Source: Candidatus Woesearchaeota archaeon (GTDB lineage: Archaea > Nanobdellota > Nanobdellia > Woesearchaeales > GW2011-AR15). Taken from it: a stretch of 64,000 nucleotides of DNA. The notes under the pieces are model-generated. The model worked only from the letters and a program-made list of their open reading frames with translations, was not told the DNA's origin and did not search any database. Location of the stretch: the NCBI GenBank assembly GCA_016935095.1, contig JAFGRO010000003.1, positions 5,702-69,701 on the forward strand. Reading direction: 5' to 3'. Each line of letters begins with the position of its first letter. Positions within the stretch are counted from its first letter, which is position 1. Below, piece by piece: positions 63,954-64,000 of the stretch. The position numbers and the translations under genes were made by a program.

Positions 63954-64000
63954 ATGTTCCCCGGAATGAATCCTAAACAAATGGCTAAAGCCATGAAAAA
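63954..64000 (+). CDS. nac: nascent polypeptide-associated complex protein (NAC), 5' fragment
   Basis: MFPGMNPKQMAKAMK matches the conserved archaeal NAC N-terminus; truncated by window end. Confidence 0.7.
   Translation, partial: MFPGMNPKQMAKAMK

Noticed and set aside
1-64000. CRISPR arrays, tRNA/rRNA genes, transposases, integrases, DGR reverse transcriptase with TR/VR repeats
   Set aside because: Reading the intergenic regions and the ORF track, I found no regularly spaced direct repeats, no GC-rich cloverleaf-like segments and no recombinase or RT-like ORFs. This was a visual inspection only. tRNAscan, Infernal and repeat finders should confirm it.

Overview
AT-rich (roughly 30% G+C by eye, not computed), densely coding 64-kb segment of an archaeal genome. 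It is most consistent with a small-genome DPANN-type archaeon (Woese-/Pacearchaeota-like). This placement is inference from gene content only. Archaeal hallmarks are PCNA, archaeal RNase J, aMBF1, the AglB oligosaccharyltransferase, geranylgeranyl reductase, Sec61-beta and NAC. Bacterial-type genes are also present: gyrA, an RsuA/RluB pseudouridine synthase, feoAB and a dtxR-like repressor. No rRNA, tRNA, CRISPR array, transposase or integrase was recognised. Gene starts are well supported. Some are preceded by a GGTGAT/GGAGGT Shine-Dalgarno 4-8 nt upstream. Others are leaderless, with a CCAAAAG..TTTATA BRE/TATA element about 25 nt before the ATG. The window divides into six blocks. (1) 0-7.3 kb holds housekeeping genes plus glycan enzymes. 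(2) 7.4-14.1 kb and 19.5-23.1 kb encode very large secreted or anchored surface proteins, including a 953-aa Cys-rich mosaic adhesin and an 1195-aa sequon-dense PGF-pre-PGF protein. (3) 23.2-35.3 kb is a glycosylation locus. It contains UDP-xylose synthase, two QxxRW GT2 synthases, two GT-C-like membrane proteins, a UDP-GlcA epimerase-like enzyme, an ArnE/F-like half-transporter pair and aglB. (4) 36.8-39.0 kb is a small accessory islet. A Cys-rich gene and a rubredoxin+hemerythrin pair are each bracketed by 14-15 bp inverted repeats, next to a RelE/antitoxin module. (5) 44.6-47.3 kb carries feoAB and a dtxR-like gene. (6) 47.4-59.6 kb is a 12-kb co-directional, translationally coupled cluster of metal/Fe-S-associated genes, mostly uncharacterised. 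Members are DUF134, a Cys-free Mrp/NBP35, DUF5320, a Zn-ribbon protein, 2 NifX-like proteins, 2 MinD/CooC-ferredoxin ATPases, a radical SAM enzyme, DUF89, a TrmO-like protein, thioredoxin, 3 MBL-fold proteins and 2 ZIP transporters. The two most interesting candidates are the inverted-repeat-bracketed cassettes and this metal-cofactor supercluster. All functional calls rest on motif recognition by eye. No database search was run.
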